From Camelus ferus (lineage: Eukaryota), in NCBI RefSeq assembly GCF_009834535.1, contig NC_045707.1, positions 51,400,001 to 51,464,000 of the forward strand: a stretch of DNA of 64,000 nucleotides. The letters are read 5' to 3'. Numbering within the stretch: position 1 is the stretch's first letter; the number at the start of each line of letters is the position of its first letter. This document shows, piece by piece, positions 50,421-63,660 of the stretch. A program made the translations under genes and the position numbers. Below the pieces are notes generated by a model, which was not told where the DNA came from, did no database searches, and worked only from the letters and a program-made list of their open reading frames with translations.

Positions 50421-50984
50421 TAATGACATTTTTCTTGACCATAGATTATTTGGTGAGTAGTGATCCTCTTACTCAAGGAGAATCAATTCATAAATTACGT
50501 CCTAAGGTGTACTGAAAAGCAATGATTTGACTCAAATGCGTTCCTCTTTTAAAAATGTGTTTTTTAATCTATGGATCTAATTTCATGGACTAAACACATA
50601 AGCTTTAGACACTTTACTCCCAGGTTTCCATTAAAGCATAGTAAAGAAAGAAAAGGTATAAGCAAATAGCAATAAAGTCTTTATATATGTGTGCATGTGA
50701 ATGTGAAATTAAGTTACTTCACTCTATTTCTGAATGACAGAAAGTAGATTGGGAGGGTTGCTGAATAATGAATTCAAATGGAGAGGGATGCAATCAGCAG
50801 AGCAGAAGGTCAAAGAGATTCTGAACATGGGAAGTGCAGATATGACAGAGAATAAGGGGTAAAAAGCAGGGCAGAATCTCATGGTGGGGCAGAAAATTCT
50901 TGGCAAAATTCATGGTCTATGCAATGCCACAATTTCCCCCTTCTCTGATCTTTTTGGAACCTATCTTGATGTCAGGAGTGAAGT

Positions 50985-51415
50985 GTGGATTTAACTATTT
51001 TTTTTTTTTCATTGAGTTCCTACCCAGTTGTCCTAACATAATTATATTCTTTTGCGTATGGTCCATCTTTTCATCTGTGATTTCTAGGCTCTCTTTTCTG
51101 TTGCACTGATTGCTGTATTTATGTACCAGTATCACCAGTTTCAAAAATTGAAAAATTATTACGTTAATAGTTAAATAGTAAAGCTAGTTTCTCTTTATGA
51201 TGATTCATTTTCAGAGATTTTCTGGTCATTCTTGCTTGAGTATTATGTGAAATCCATAATCAGTTTATCTAGTTACAAAGAAAGAAAACAAATAAAAAAT
51301 TGTTTCTATGTTTATTAGAGTTTAAGTTTGTAAATTGTGTTAGAATGGATTCATACCTTTATGATGTTGAACTTTTCTATTCAAGCACATAGCCTATCTT
51401 TCCATTTGTTCAAAT
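50985..51415 (-). mobile_element. Old L1 (L1ME-like) ORF2 fragment
   Basis: ttctaggctctcttttctgttgcactgatt...tgtaccagtatcac...tatctttccatttgttcaaat. Confidence 0.75.
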
Positions 51416-51989
51416 ATCAGGCAGGGATGATATTTAGCTTGAATAAACCTGGTGTGTCTCTGTTACTTGCAATCAAAAAACAAGACAAAAACAAGTATGT
51501 ATTTATGATGTGATCTGATAATATCATAGATTTTAATGTACACAAAGAAAATCTAAGTTGACTTATTCCAACACTTTATGGATGCATAAAGACTGGAACT
51601 CAGTTCTATAGCAGCCTGCTCCGTGCAGTAGATTTCATGTAGACGTGAGACTAAATTTATTTCTTGTTTAGAATTTATACGCATGAACAATGAATTTGAC
51701 ATAAAAATCTAAGAAAATATGTGTATCAGATATTCATTTAGTTTTACATATTTTTAATTTTAATAACAAGCCAATAGACTATTTACTGTATTTATTTGTT
51801 TTTAACTTGTGAACCACATATGAATTCTTGAAACTTGAAATTAGAAAGTAGTTTTCTTTAGATGTGTTCCACTCTACTATACATAAACTAATGTAATATA
51901 TTTTACATTATGTTGTTTGTTTATATGTTTCAGCAGAACCCTAATCATTAATGCACATATATGCTAATTTTTTCCTCATTTGGGGCCTT

Positions 51990-52595
51990 TTATAGCAAAA
52001 TTTCTTGAAAGGAAGAGTTATCTACACACAGATGCTGCCTCCACTTCCTCAATTCTAATTTACATTGAAACACATCTTTCTGGCTTATGTTCCCTGCCAC
52101 ATCATTAAAATTCCTGTTGAAAAAAAGGTCATGAATGACCCCCCATTCACACATTGTTCACTAAGACAGTGCATGGAAGCCTAGAGGATTCCTGATTGCC
52201 TTCACCAATTCACTAAACAATTTTCCTTCTCACCCACTGTTCTAGAGTCACCCTGATCCTCTAAAAGTCAGTAGAACATACCAAGCTGTTGCCTGCCCAG
52301 TGCCTACTTGATTATTGTTTCCTCTACCTAAAACACTTGCCCCTTTTCCTTTTATAGTTCACTACTTCTAATCTTCCAGGATTCAGTATAAATATCTTCT
52401 AAGAAATTTTCACTGATAAGTCACCACATAGAAGGAGCTACCACCTTCTCATGCATTATCTTGGTGTCTTAACCAGTTGACTTAAAATAGTTAGGATCTT
52501 TTCTCCCTTACTTATTGTCTAATCACCCTTGTATTCCTATCACAAAGGAACTATTAGCACTAGTTTCTCAATTAAAATTTTGGCATAAATGAATG
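51990..52595 (+). mobile_element. L2 LINE fragments
   Basis: tatagcaaaatttcttgaaagg...tgcctccacttcctca...ttcctctacctaaaacacttgcccc...taaatgaatga. Confidence 0.65.
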
Positions 52596-54771
52596 ATTAT
52601 ACCACAGCTCAGTTGAGACCTTATGTCTTAATTCTGTAAGAAATAAGAGATAATTTGGAAAACATCTGAATTTAATAGATCTCAGTTATACATTTCCTGA
52701 CAACCTTTAAAGATCTAAACTGGTTGTAAAGCTGCTGTGGTCACTTGCTATTTGTGAGGTCTTTAAGCAGACTCTTTTCTAATCTTTAGAATGGGAATAA
52801 TGACATTATAGAGTACACTTGTGTTTGTTACAGTCACTTGCCTACTTTAGTCAGATGTGAAAGAGGCTGTTTAAAAAGAAAATATAAGACATTTCAATGC
52901 TATTAACTATTATTCCTAAACTATTTAAAATCATTATGTTAGCTATTTGGCTGCATTTCTCTGTATTCTGTTTAATCACAACAGTTAGTATTTGACCATG
53001 CCAATCATCCAGTTAGAAAGGAGGAAAGAGAAATGAGAACTCTACAGTTTGTACAGAGTATGCTAAAGGACTAAAAGAATCCAAAAGACTTCTGTTAAAC
53101 TTTATCTGAAAAATACTATGGTTTATTTTAAGTGAACTTCCCTTCACTTTTCCTCCCTGTAGCCCTTGGTAGATTTGTAGCTTTTCAAAAGCAGTTTAGT
53201 TCAGAGGTAAGATGGAGAGGCTGAACACGTGAAAAGAAGATGACCCAGGTACAAATGAAAGGTGGAGCACCACAGTGTGAGAATAAGCAGATGGCACAGA
53301 TCAAGGCCTCAGACATGGTGAAGAAAAGGGAAAAAAATTACAGAGGGCATAGGGACTAATGCCTCAAGATTTCAAAGATGTTGCTTTCATCATGGTCTAC
53401 AAGAGAGAAAGAAGAAAGGATTGATGTTCAAAGCATCTCATTTTTTTTTTTTTTTTGTTGCTCATAAAACCTTGCCTTCTGTCCTTTGATTTGACTGTTA
53501 ACAGCAGTGCATTTTCGGGATCATGGAGGGTGCTAAGATCACAAACTCAGTGTAGCTACCATAACTTTCTCAGAACTTAAGAAATTGAAAAAACTTTCAG
53601 ATAAAACCATTGATTTCTGCATTACCTTCCAATACCTGACACTTTCCTTTTGCTAAGCTCCTCCTGTAGACAAAAATCCTGGGACAAGAGTGAAGGTATA
53701 TAGTAGCAAAGAAGAAAGATGGTAGGATGAAAATATCCCTCCTAGGAAAGTGTCCCTTATGTGTGCAGAGTTAGCAATATGTTTCACCCTTAGAAACTGA
53801 GGACCAGGAAAGGGACTTGCTTCTCCTTGAATATAGATCATTAAAACGATAATGCTCAGCTAATACTATACTGGGGAACATAAAATTAGTGCCAATTCTG
53901 GCTAGTACCATATCTCAAGCTAGCCAGTCTTTGCCATTTTGCCACTTGTTCACCTTTCTTCCTCCTTGCTAATATATAAATTCTGGCATAAATCAAGAAA
54001 AAAACTGAAAGGCAAAAGGCTACAGGTAGACTACTACAATGTAAGTCTCTATGCACTCCCTTCGTCAGGCTTGTAAATAGAGAAAACTGAGCATTGAGGG
54101 ATAGTGTTGTTTTTAAATAGGCCTCATTAAGAAGGCTCTCTTTTTGCCCCTTTTTGCAAGGTTTCTTGAAGAATGATGGAGACTGAGGTATCTTTTTCTC
54201 AGAATTATTACCTTTGCGGATCAAGCAGAAACCATGTGAAATTTTTAAAGATAATAATTACGGGAATAATGAGAATGCTTGGCATATTTATACTGTGGTA
54301 TTGTAGCTAACTTCTGCAGATAGATGACCAGGTGGTCTGCGCCTCCCTTCCACCCCCATACAATGTCTGTCCACTAGGATATCTCGTATCTGAGATTGCC
54401 TGGAAATCATTACCATCATGGAAAGTTGTATGATGCTTACAAGGTTTAGGATTCCAATTTAAATAGGATTGAAATTCACTTCCAATCACCCCACTCTCAC
54501 TTCACTTTGCTGGAGATTATACATATTCTCATAGTTGTCCTGCTACTTCTTTTTTGTGTGTTTTATCCCCAGATTGGGAGAGAGTTGAATGATTGCTTTG
54601 TTTTCCATGCGTTCTATCAAGCACTGAAATAAATGAAACCAATATACAACTACCTAATTGTATATTTCTGAACTATATATCCTTCTCTTTACAGTGGAAA
54701 AACTGCATTGTTAGGGTTTTTGTTTGTTTCTTTGATTTTTATAATTTAAGCCCACTTAACAATATGGTTAG

Positions 54772-55356
54772 TGTTCTGGAGTGTGTTTTGTGAACTTAAT
54801 ATTACCACTTTTGTGGTAGGAGTTATATTTCTCAGAATCCTCGTCCCTTAAGTTTCTAGGTGACAGCCAAGAATACAACTCGTGCATGATTTGAAAAGTG
54901 AAACTGAAGTGGAAACTATTGTTCTCAGCAAGTTATGGTCATCAGACAAGGTGTCAGCAGGGTCTGGCTTCTAGCTTGTCTTCTCAACTATTGGCTTGAT
55001 AATGAACAGAGTTCTTAAGCTAATTACTGAGGGCTTGATTACACTCTGTAGAGAGAGAACAGCTTCCAAAGATCTTTGCATGCCTTTTGTCCCCCATCTC
55101 CCTAGTGCTACCACTTTGACAACCAGATATGCATTGTTTCTGGGATTTTCCTGCAAGCTCTGACTTGTTCACACAGACTGGTGCTGCAAGTGTAATGGTT
55201 AGTGACTCTCTTTGTTCCTTTCAGGCCCCCTTTTCCTGGATTTTAACTTCCTTAGGTCCTCTCATATTTGTGTACATTGTAATTCCTATAGCAAACGACG
55301 TATTTGCATAGTATTTTTGGTAACTATGATTTCCTCATTGAGCCCTAACTGATAGA
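54772..55356 (+). mobile_element. ERVL 5' LTR (LTR41-like)
   Basis: Start tgttctggagtgtgttttgtgaac; core gattttcctgcaagctctgacttg...ggttagtgactctc; end gagccctaactgataga. Confidence 0.8.
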
Positions 55357-57892
55357 GGTTTTATGTATTCATTCCTTGGGGGAAGAACCTTAAGGCTGTG
55401 ATTCTGGAATTGGTTCTTTGATCCGACTAGATTTAAAGACATTAATAGCCCCTTTGCCAGTGATAAGTGAAACACTGGAAGTTCATGACATTTAGTGGAA
55501 AAGTAGTAACTGAAATAATCACTTTTAATTATCTGGAGTCAAGTGCTTGTAGGAGTCTAGGCTTTGGATGACCGCAGAGTTGCTACCATTGAAAATTTTA
55601 GTGGAAATAAAGAGCATAAGGATATTGGGGTTGGTTTCCACTGGAAAACCTGAAGGAAGGGAAATGATGAGCTCACTGCTTTACTTTTCCATCTAAAGAC
55701 CAGAGTAAGCAACTAGCAAATTTCTCTTTGTCCTGAAAGAAACCCTTATCCCCTGTAATTACAGGTTTAATATTTAAAACCTCAATTTCTTCCTGTGGTG
55801 GTTAAATTATGCTGTAAGTTAAAATTACAGGCTTGCAGGGTCTCATGTTAAATATAGAGTATTGAATACCCAGAATATGGGACTGGGGACATAAGCCATA
55901 CAATAAAATTTGACACTCTAAATTCTCAAGAATCTCCACTGCTAGTGTACCCTTGCAGGAGGTAGGTAGCCAAATCTTGCCTAAATAACCTGTAATGACC
56001 ACTTTTAGGGAAATAGGTAAATACTTGGCAGGTATAGTAGGCTGAATAATGTCCTCCAGTGATCTCAGGTCCTAATCCCTGGTACTTAGAATTGTTACCT
56101 TATTTGGAAGAAAGGTCTTTGCAAATGTGATTAAGTTAAGGATGTTGAAATGAGGCGATAATCTAGGATTATCTGAGTGGGCCCTAAATGCTATCACATG
56201 ACAGGTGTCCTTATAAGAGAGTTACAGTGACACACCTCACCACACAGAAAGAAGAGGAGAAGGTAATGTGAGGAAAGAGGCAGAAATTAGAGTGGTGCAG
56301 CCACAAGCCAAGGAATGCTGGTATTCACTAGAAGCTGAAAGAAGCAAGAAATGGCTTCTCTTTGAGGATCTCCAAAAGGAGCAGGGCACCATAATTTTTG
56401 TGTTGGAAACTGATTTTGGATTTCTGGCCTCCAGAACTGTGAGAAATAAATTTCTGTTTTAATCCACCAAGTTTGTGGTCCTTTTTTTTTTTTTTTTTTT
56501 TTTTTTAATAGCAGCCTTAGGAAACTAACAGAGTAGAAAATTCTGCAGTGCCTCAAGACACACTTTAGTACTCTGTGGCATCTAGACCTATAAGCAGACT
56601 CTAAGTCCGCTAGACTTCAGGAGGTTGGGCACACAATGTCTTTAGTAGGACTTATCTTATATACCAAAATAATTGTAAGACTTTTAAGCTGAAGAGGAAT
56701 ATATATGAGAATATATCCCAAAGGTAAAAGGATGTGTAGAAGGTTGTAATATTGGAGTGGATTGAATTCATTAATATGAGCACATTTAACTTGAAATTCT
56801 GGATCTAATTAATTAATTTGAGAAACTTGGAGTGGATCTAGCAGTTTCCTGGATTGACTGACTGGACTCTGGACACAAAGTTGAACTATGGTGAATTAAG
56901 TTGAGGTGTCAGAATTTCCTCAGTGTTTGGTAGAGAAAGACACACTAAGTTTTAGAGAGCTTGGATGCTAGGATGTATTTACTACGTATGACATGCTCTA
57001 TTCTTCGGTCCTCTTCTGTGTCCTCCAAGAGGACACAAAGGCTTTGACAAATACATTACTCAGGGAGCACAAGCTTCCTTGAAGAGCTCTGTGGTGACTC
57101 TTACTTGTAGGTTAGCAATGACAGTGGGCAAGAAGTTGCCACTAAAATGGGCACTCTGAATTCAGTGGGCTAATGGGATCCCAGTGTGGCAGGAACAAAG
57201 TGGCAACAGTAAACCTGAAGTGAAGTGTAGGCATGATTACTGCGTGGGTGGCAGGATTGATACAGCTAGAATGGTTTGACCTTCGGAAATTTTTGGCTTT
57301 AACTAATGAATTCTGATGTCTCTACTACTGAAGTAGATGGGCAGTCTTTGATTTGATTTGTGTAAGTAGAAGAATTCTAAGTCTGGTTAAAAAAAAAAAC
57401 TTGAAATAGCACAAAATAGAGTTAAGGATCCTTAACCAATACTCAAACTTGAACTTGTAAGAGGAATCAAAGCCACTTCAAAATCTTTTTTCTTTTCTTG
57501 AATCACCCTGTCATCTAGTAAAATATTAATTGATAATGGTTGACTTTAAATCTTAATATGTAAATTCTGGATACTGAAAGAGAGGTATGAGTCCGCTTGG
57601 GGAAGAACTAATGCTAAAGTTGATTATTAAAAGGAAAGAAGGGGGGAAATCTATGTGAGAAGTAAGGGTTCTCCTTGGAGAGGAACTAACAACACCAAAG
57701 ATGGATAAAAAGACATACGGGATGTTTTGTACCTCCCTTTGAGAAGATGGTTACTGTATTTTTAGTTTTATGAGTATGGTTGCACTATTTTAGTGAATTC
57801 ATGACTTTGCTATTGTTTTACTTAGAATTGATTAAATTCTAAGTATGATTAAAATATGCATATGTGGATATCAAGTTGACAAGAGGTTTGAC
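55357..57892 (+). mobile_element. ERVL internal region: decayed leader, gag and 3' end/PPT; pol absent
   Basis: Gag-like ctgaaagaaacccttatcccctgta, ccttgaagagctctgtggtgactctt and atgggatcccagtgtggcagg; PPT-like tcaagttgacaagaggtttgac just before the 3' LTR. Confidence 0.8.
56033..56532 (+). mobile_element. MaLR solo LTR (MLT1C/D-like) nested in ERVL gag, with a poly-T run near 56481-56506
   Basis: gtaggctgaataatg...ggtctttgcaaatgtgattaagttaagg...gccacaagccaaggaatgc...ctggcctccagaactgtgagaaataaatttctg. Confidence 0.92.
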
Positions 57893-58403
57893 TGTGCTGG
57901 ATTGTGTTTTGTCAACCTGTCATTACTATTCCTGTCTAAAGCTAGAAAAAAATATATTCCACAGTTACTTTTCCTTAATGGTTTCAGATTAGCGTTGACT
58001 AAGAGAGGAATTTGCATGAAATTGGAAGATGGATGTATAGCAGAAGCCATTGGTCTCAGAAGGTTGATGGACGGTTGCCGGACAGTCTCCAGCTTCCAGA
58101 TCATCCTCCCAACTACTAGTCTAGTCAAGCAACAGTGGCCTCAAGTACTAGAGATGACAGCTTCCAGAGACCTCCCTGTGAGCTATCCTTTTGTGGGTCC
58201 ACTTCGGCAGTCAGAAGAGTATGGGGAGGAATTTTCCTGCAAGCTCTGAGTTGCCCAATCAAGTGGACAATCTGTGATGGTGAGTAACTTTCTTTGTTTT
58301 TCCAGCTCCTATCTTCTACATTTCAATTTCTTCAGCAGTAATTTCCCTTTTCCCCTTAATAGTTTTAACTCTCTCTCTTCCCGGCTGAACATTGACTAAT
58401 ACA
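57893..58403 (+). mobile_element. ERVL 3' LTR (LTR41-like)
   Basis: Start tgtgctggattgtgttttgtcaac; core attttcctgcaagctctgagttg shared with the 5' LTR; end tgactaataca. Confidence 0.8.
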
Positions 58404-58436
58404 AATAGTATTTTAATAGTATTTTAATAGTATTTA
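58404..58436. repeat. 11-bp tandem repeat (aatagtatttt) x3
   Basis: aatagtattttaatagtattttaatagtattt read directly. Confidence 0.9.
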
Positions 58437-61400
58437 ATGATACTGGATTTATTTTATACTGTTATACAGTGAAGTACTCTCTATATGGACTGTCATTATC
58501 ACATACTCATGAAATGCAGTGAATAATAAAACTCTGTCCTAAAAGTAGTCTCCAATTAAAAAGTGTTTGTCAGTAAGTAGAAAAAATATGTTTTTAATAC
58601 ATATTATATCTACATCTGTATAGATTATATATAGTTATGTATATATTATATATAGTTATGACATTCTCAGTGATATCCTGCAAATATTAACTGCATCATT
58701 AATATTTAATTGATGTTTGTAAGTCCATTAATAAGCCTTTTACTACCGTTACAAATGTTACGATTTCAAATATTTTTCCTAATTATGTAAAGGGTATATC
58801 AGTTTGAAGGCAAAATGCCAACTTCCAAGATTGTGGATTATGACAAAATTCAATGATAGATTGTATTTACTCATGATTTCTGATCCTAATTCTTTCAAAT
58901 GTTTGAATTCCATTCTACCACCACCATCTGACTATTTATTAGAAGAGCCACTAAAACAGAAAGCATTAACTGTGTTTGCAGTAAACAGATAAGCAAACAA
59001 AAAAGCAAGTAAATCAGTACTTTTAAAATGTTACAAGTAACATATGTAGTAGTCTTTTCCAAATGGCCTAAAATTATTTCTTTGTTTTCCTTTTAGAAAG
59101 CAAACAGTCTTAATTCCCTTGATCTTAGACGAGAAAAATCTGCTTATCTTTGATATTTTTGTAACACTGGCCATATTGTATTTAATGTTTTGCTTTTCTA
59201 AAACTTGCTTGGAGAGTAATATCTCCAACAAAGGTCATAACTTTAGAAGAGGTGTGAAGTGAAATGAGTGGCACAAAACAGTGGGTAGTAAAGCATCATG
59301 CAAGTCAATGAACAACAAGGTCAATTGCTTTATATCTACTTGCGGTTCAACACAGCTGGAGTGAAAAAAATCATAATGCTTGACGGGCACTGTGCAGCTG
59401 CGTAATGTGGAATAATAAGGGGGCTGAAATCATCAGTTTACAAAAACTGTTAGTCTGACTAGGCAAACACAGAAAGAAAAGGCAAGTTGTCAAAAAGAAA
59501 GATGGGGAAAAATCCATGTGAGAAATACAAGGATGGAATACAAAAGTGCATACCCCTCACTCCTTTAAACAACAGACCAGGAATACTAAAATTGCTGTTA
59601 AGATCTGATTTAAACTGGTATTGAATTTTGTTTGAAAGCACCTAGCTCTACTTTCTGCCAGTGTCAATCCTGTGAGCAAAAATAGGATTTTTATATATTG
59701 GTAATTCGAACACAAATTTTATTTGAGGAACGGGCATAAAAACTAAATAGTAAAAGCTATGATTATACTAGTGTTTCTTATAGTGTATATCTCAGGACCA
59801 ACCTCAAAAGGCAAGGTTTTTTTGTTTTTTTTTTTTGTATTGTGTTTTTTGTTTTTCTCTATGAAACAGGTTATACCAACACATGCAATTAAAAATAACT
59901 TGTAAATGTTAGGCAAAGAAAATAGCATATAAATTTTAGGGAAAGAATGTGTGAGATATGGAGACTGTTGTGTGGTGTTACGTCTTGTCAAAAATAGCTT
60001 CAACACTGAGAAAGAGATCAAGCCATCAATTAATATGTTGCCCTGTCCTCTTCTGAAGTTTCCAAAGTCTTTCAGGGCGCCATACATTTTGACTTCTTAA
60101 CCACGTGTTTAGCTTTGATGCCCAGAGAAGCAAAGTGTCCACTAACATCAATGAGAGGTTTATGTACATTCAGAACTGAAATGAAGTGCCTAGGGAAAGC
60201 TTTTTTTCTAAACCAAAGTACTCATAGGATGTATGCATTTTTCAAGGAGTCCAAGCTGCCCTGTACTCACAATCAGTGCTCTTTGTATTTGTATAGGGCG
60301 GCACAATCAATTACAGATACATTAAAATGGAGAAGTGCTCAGCTAATGATGCGTTATGTCGGAGGTGGAGCCCTCTGCTTTTGTCTTCTTCGTACATTCG
60401 CCTTTTGAAGTGAAAAATCAATTAAGGCAACTAGCAAAACACACCACAGACATTCTGAAGAGGTCTTTTCCTTCTCTTTTATGTGTTCGAGAGAGCTTCC
60501 CAGTCATTAACTAAGTCATATGCAGTAAGCCTCTCATATTAATTGTCTCCTTTTCACCTTTATGGGTGAGGCAGTTGACTTTCATTTAGTCAAATGCATT
60601 TGTTGTTTCCAGAGATGATCAGAGAATCCCATGTGGGTGGGCAGCTGTGCAGTTTAAGATCTTCTCTGGAAAGATATTCTCAAGTATAAATATTCACTAA
60701 GTCAGAAAAGTTGTCAAAGCACATCTTTGAGTTTATACCCACAGGTTGAGCCTGGATTTCTCATCCATGTTCATAGGAATTAGAAACATTAGGACGTGTT
60801 TTCCTATTTTTAGGGGAAAAAACCCCCAAAATTATAGTAACCTATTTATTTAGGAGAAAGAAGGACGACAGTTGAGCAGAAAAGAGATGGTAACTATTTC
60901 TACTTTCATGGAGGATTTTTTAGCAATTAGATCTTTAATCTTGTTTTCATACCTATTAAGTTAGTGTCCGGCTTAAATAAGTAAGAGAATAAAATCAGTC
61001 TTCTGGATAGAATAAATGGCAAGCTTTTAAATCAGCTGTTCACATTGTGGCCAACGTATCAGACCAATGTACTAGTAATAGTGCCTCTGATAGTGGCATG
61101 CATAAATCATAAAATGTGATATAATACCAAGCTCATTTTCCAATTCGATTCATAATTTTTACTTACTTTCATTCTGTTTGTTCATTCACCTAAATAATTT
61201 CTTTCCAGCTCTGCAGTTTCAGTCTGCTTTTAATGATCTATGTAAATAGCAGCAGTTTGTAGAATATGAGTTGTGTTTCAAGTTGATCACTCCAGCTATA
61301 GGTAGGTTATGGTCTCTGCCCACCTTCCTATTTATCCCCATTCTGTCAATGACTGATTTTACTATAAGAAGGTTTTTTTGGTGGTTTTCCAGCAAATAAG

Positions 61401-63008
61401 TTGCTTCAACCTTTACCTATAGATGATCATTACACCTTTCATTGCAGTTGATTAATTATGTTTGTTGTGAAGGTATTTAAAGTATCAGGACTGCAGGGGT
61501 AGGGAGAAGGAAAAGAATACAATTTATAAAATGGGATTTTGGATTTCTATCAGTTTAGAGGCAGGCTGCACAAAAGAAAGTTCTCAGATCTAGAGAAGGT
61601 CTAGTTTATTCAGTAGAGCAAAACTGAAACCAATCAAAATTTTCCCTCAGAAACTGATCTTTCATTTTGTAATGATGCTCTGTGCATGGTCTCTAGGAGG
61701 CAATTTTAGATGCAGTAAGTTCAAAAAGGTTTTCTATCCCCTGGGAAATAACAACCCCAATAGAAAAAGTTACATCTTCCTTTAGCTGCTGGGATGGAGA
61801 ATGTCAGACAAAGTTTGTTGTTCTCATTCTGTCTTGTAACACAAGCTAGATTTCTGACAAGCTGTCAAGCTGCCCAAAGGTTTGCATACCCTTCTTCCCA
61901 GTAGGTGCTGCCTTCCCCAGTGTGAACTGAAATGGGAAATATATCTAAAAATGGGATGGAGAGAATCAGGGAATGAGATAATTAAGGTTTTTCTGATCAT
62001 CTAATCCTTGCTGAGGGAAGAGATCAGTTATTTCACAGGACTTATTTGAAATGCTTTGCTGTGTGAATCACAGAAAGGAGGTTCTTATTTGGAACTGTGT
62101 TGTGGTCTTTGTAAATTTGGTCCCTAAAATTTTGGAACAGACACATAAAATGTGCTGGCTAAATGATTCAGTGAAACATCACCTTCAACTTTTTTAGAGT
62201 AATATATCTCTGAATAAATATTTTTGGTCTATTGAACACATTTCTTATATTTTTCATTTTGCAGCTTTTCTTTAGTCCTTTCTCTAAAAACAGCCCCAGA
62301 AGATTCTTCTTGAATAATTTCTTATTTTCTTCTTCAAACTCTTTTTACTGAGTTAGTGTTTCTTTTTATTCCACTACTTTTGAGATTCCTGTTCTCACAG
62401 TTATGACTTGACTCTAATTGTAAAAAGAATACAAGTATAAAAGTGTAGTTACCCTGTTGTGAGCATTACTGCAAAGAATGAATATCTGAGCAGAAAGAAA
62501 AAAAAGGTTACAGGATATACTGTTTAGAAATGGCATTTGGGGTATTTCTGGACTGAGCTAGGAGAGGGTTTTGAGGCACCTGATTGATCCATGTGTACTT
62601 TGAAGAACTTCAGAGTGAAAGGCATGGAGTAGTATTTATTGATCTTTGATGCTGACCTCATTCTAGCTTCATCTTGTTGTGAGCCTTGCAGTCTCCAATT
62701 AACCTGCAAAGGGAAGTATCTCCTTTCTGGTTTTTAAGGACTCCAATAATGGCTCCAGAAGAAATTTGTCTTAAAAAGTTTCTTTTTAACTCAATGAGTC
62801 AGAAAAAACCCAAATAATGTTCTTTTTCAAGTCCTAGAGTTGTGATCTTTATTTACAGCTTTTGGTTGTTAGCTACTGTGTGAAGGAGGCTGGGTGTTTG
62901 AGATCAGCCTCTTACTTCTGCTGCTGCAGGAGGCCCTCCTTCATTCCTGTGCACACCTTAGGAACTTTGAACTTGGGGGGTGTGCCAGTTGATTGTTGCT
63001 CAGTACAT

Positions 63009-63030
63009 TGTGTGTGTGTGTGTGTGTGTG
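63009..63030. repeat. (TG)11 microsatellite
   Basis: Read directly from the sequence. Confidence 0.95.
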
Positions 63031-63499
63031 AATACACATACGCTTGCATGTGCATACAAGTTGAAAATACTGAAATTAAATCTCGTTCTTTTAGAGGCAT
63101 GTCAAACAAAAAATGAAAATGTAAGTTATATGTACTACTAATCTGTATGTACTTTGTGAAAGTACTGTCTTAGACGTGTAGTGTTGTGTGCTTTCTCTAA
63201 GAAAAGGGCACTTTTATTAGGTGACAACACTATATAGGCTGAGAACATGATCCTTGACATACACATCATCATTCATTGTCTCTATGAACAAATCTAAATA
63301 ATAGTCAGTGTCCTCATCCCCCAACCCCTTTTAGCTTGGCAGACCTGTCTTACGGTTTCTTACGCATGGTGAGTCACTCTCTGCACCTGCATAGGGTATT
63401 TCCAAGAAATATGTGGAGAAACTTTTCATTTTAACAAACCATGATTTAGACTCAAAGACAGCTGAAATGCTATTACTTTATTTATACTTCGAAGGGCTT

Positions 63500-63660
63500 C
63501 CTGCTTCTCACACATGATTTTCTAGTGGCAAGCCATGCAGATAACTTCCCCATTTTCTAGATGAGGAAACTGAGACTCGGGGAAGCAGTGGCTGACATGT
63601 GACAGTGCCAGGACAGATATCAGGTGTTCTGGCAACACGTCCATATCTAGCTCTGAAGAG
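63500..63660 (-). mobile_element. MIR SINE
   Basis: cccattttctagatgaggaaactgagactcgggga is the antisense MIR core. Confidence 0.85.

Noticed and set aside
58404..58436. Short direct repeats here and at 6927, 8866 and 47390 as possible CRISPR-like arrays
   Set aside because: Only 2-3 copies, no repeat-spacer periodicity, no cas genes, and a mammalian context.
62524..62720. Minus-strand acceptor ccctttgcag followed by a 59-codon open frame
   Set aside because: Peptide unrecognised and no partner exons; insufficient support for a CDS.
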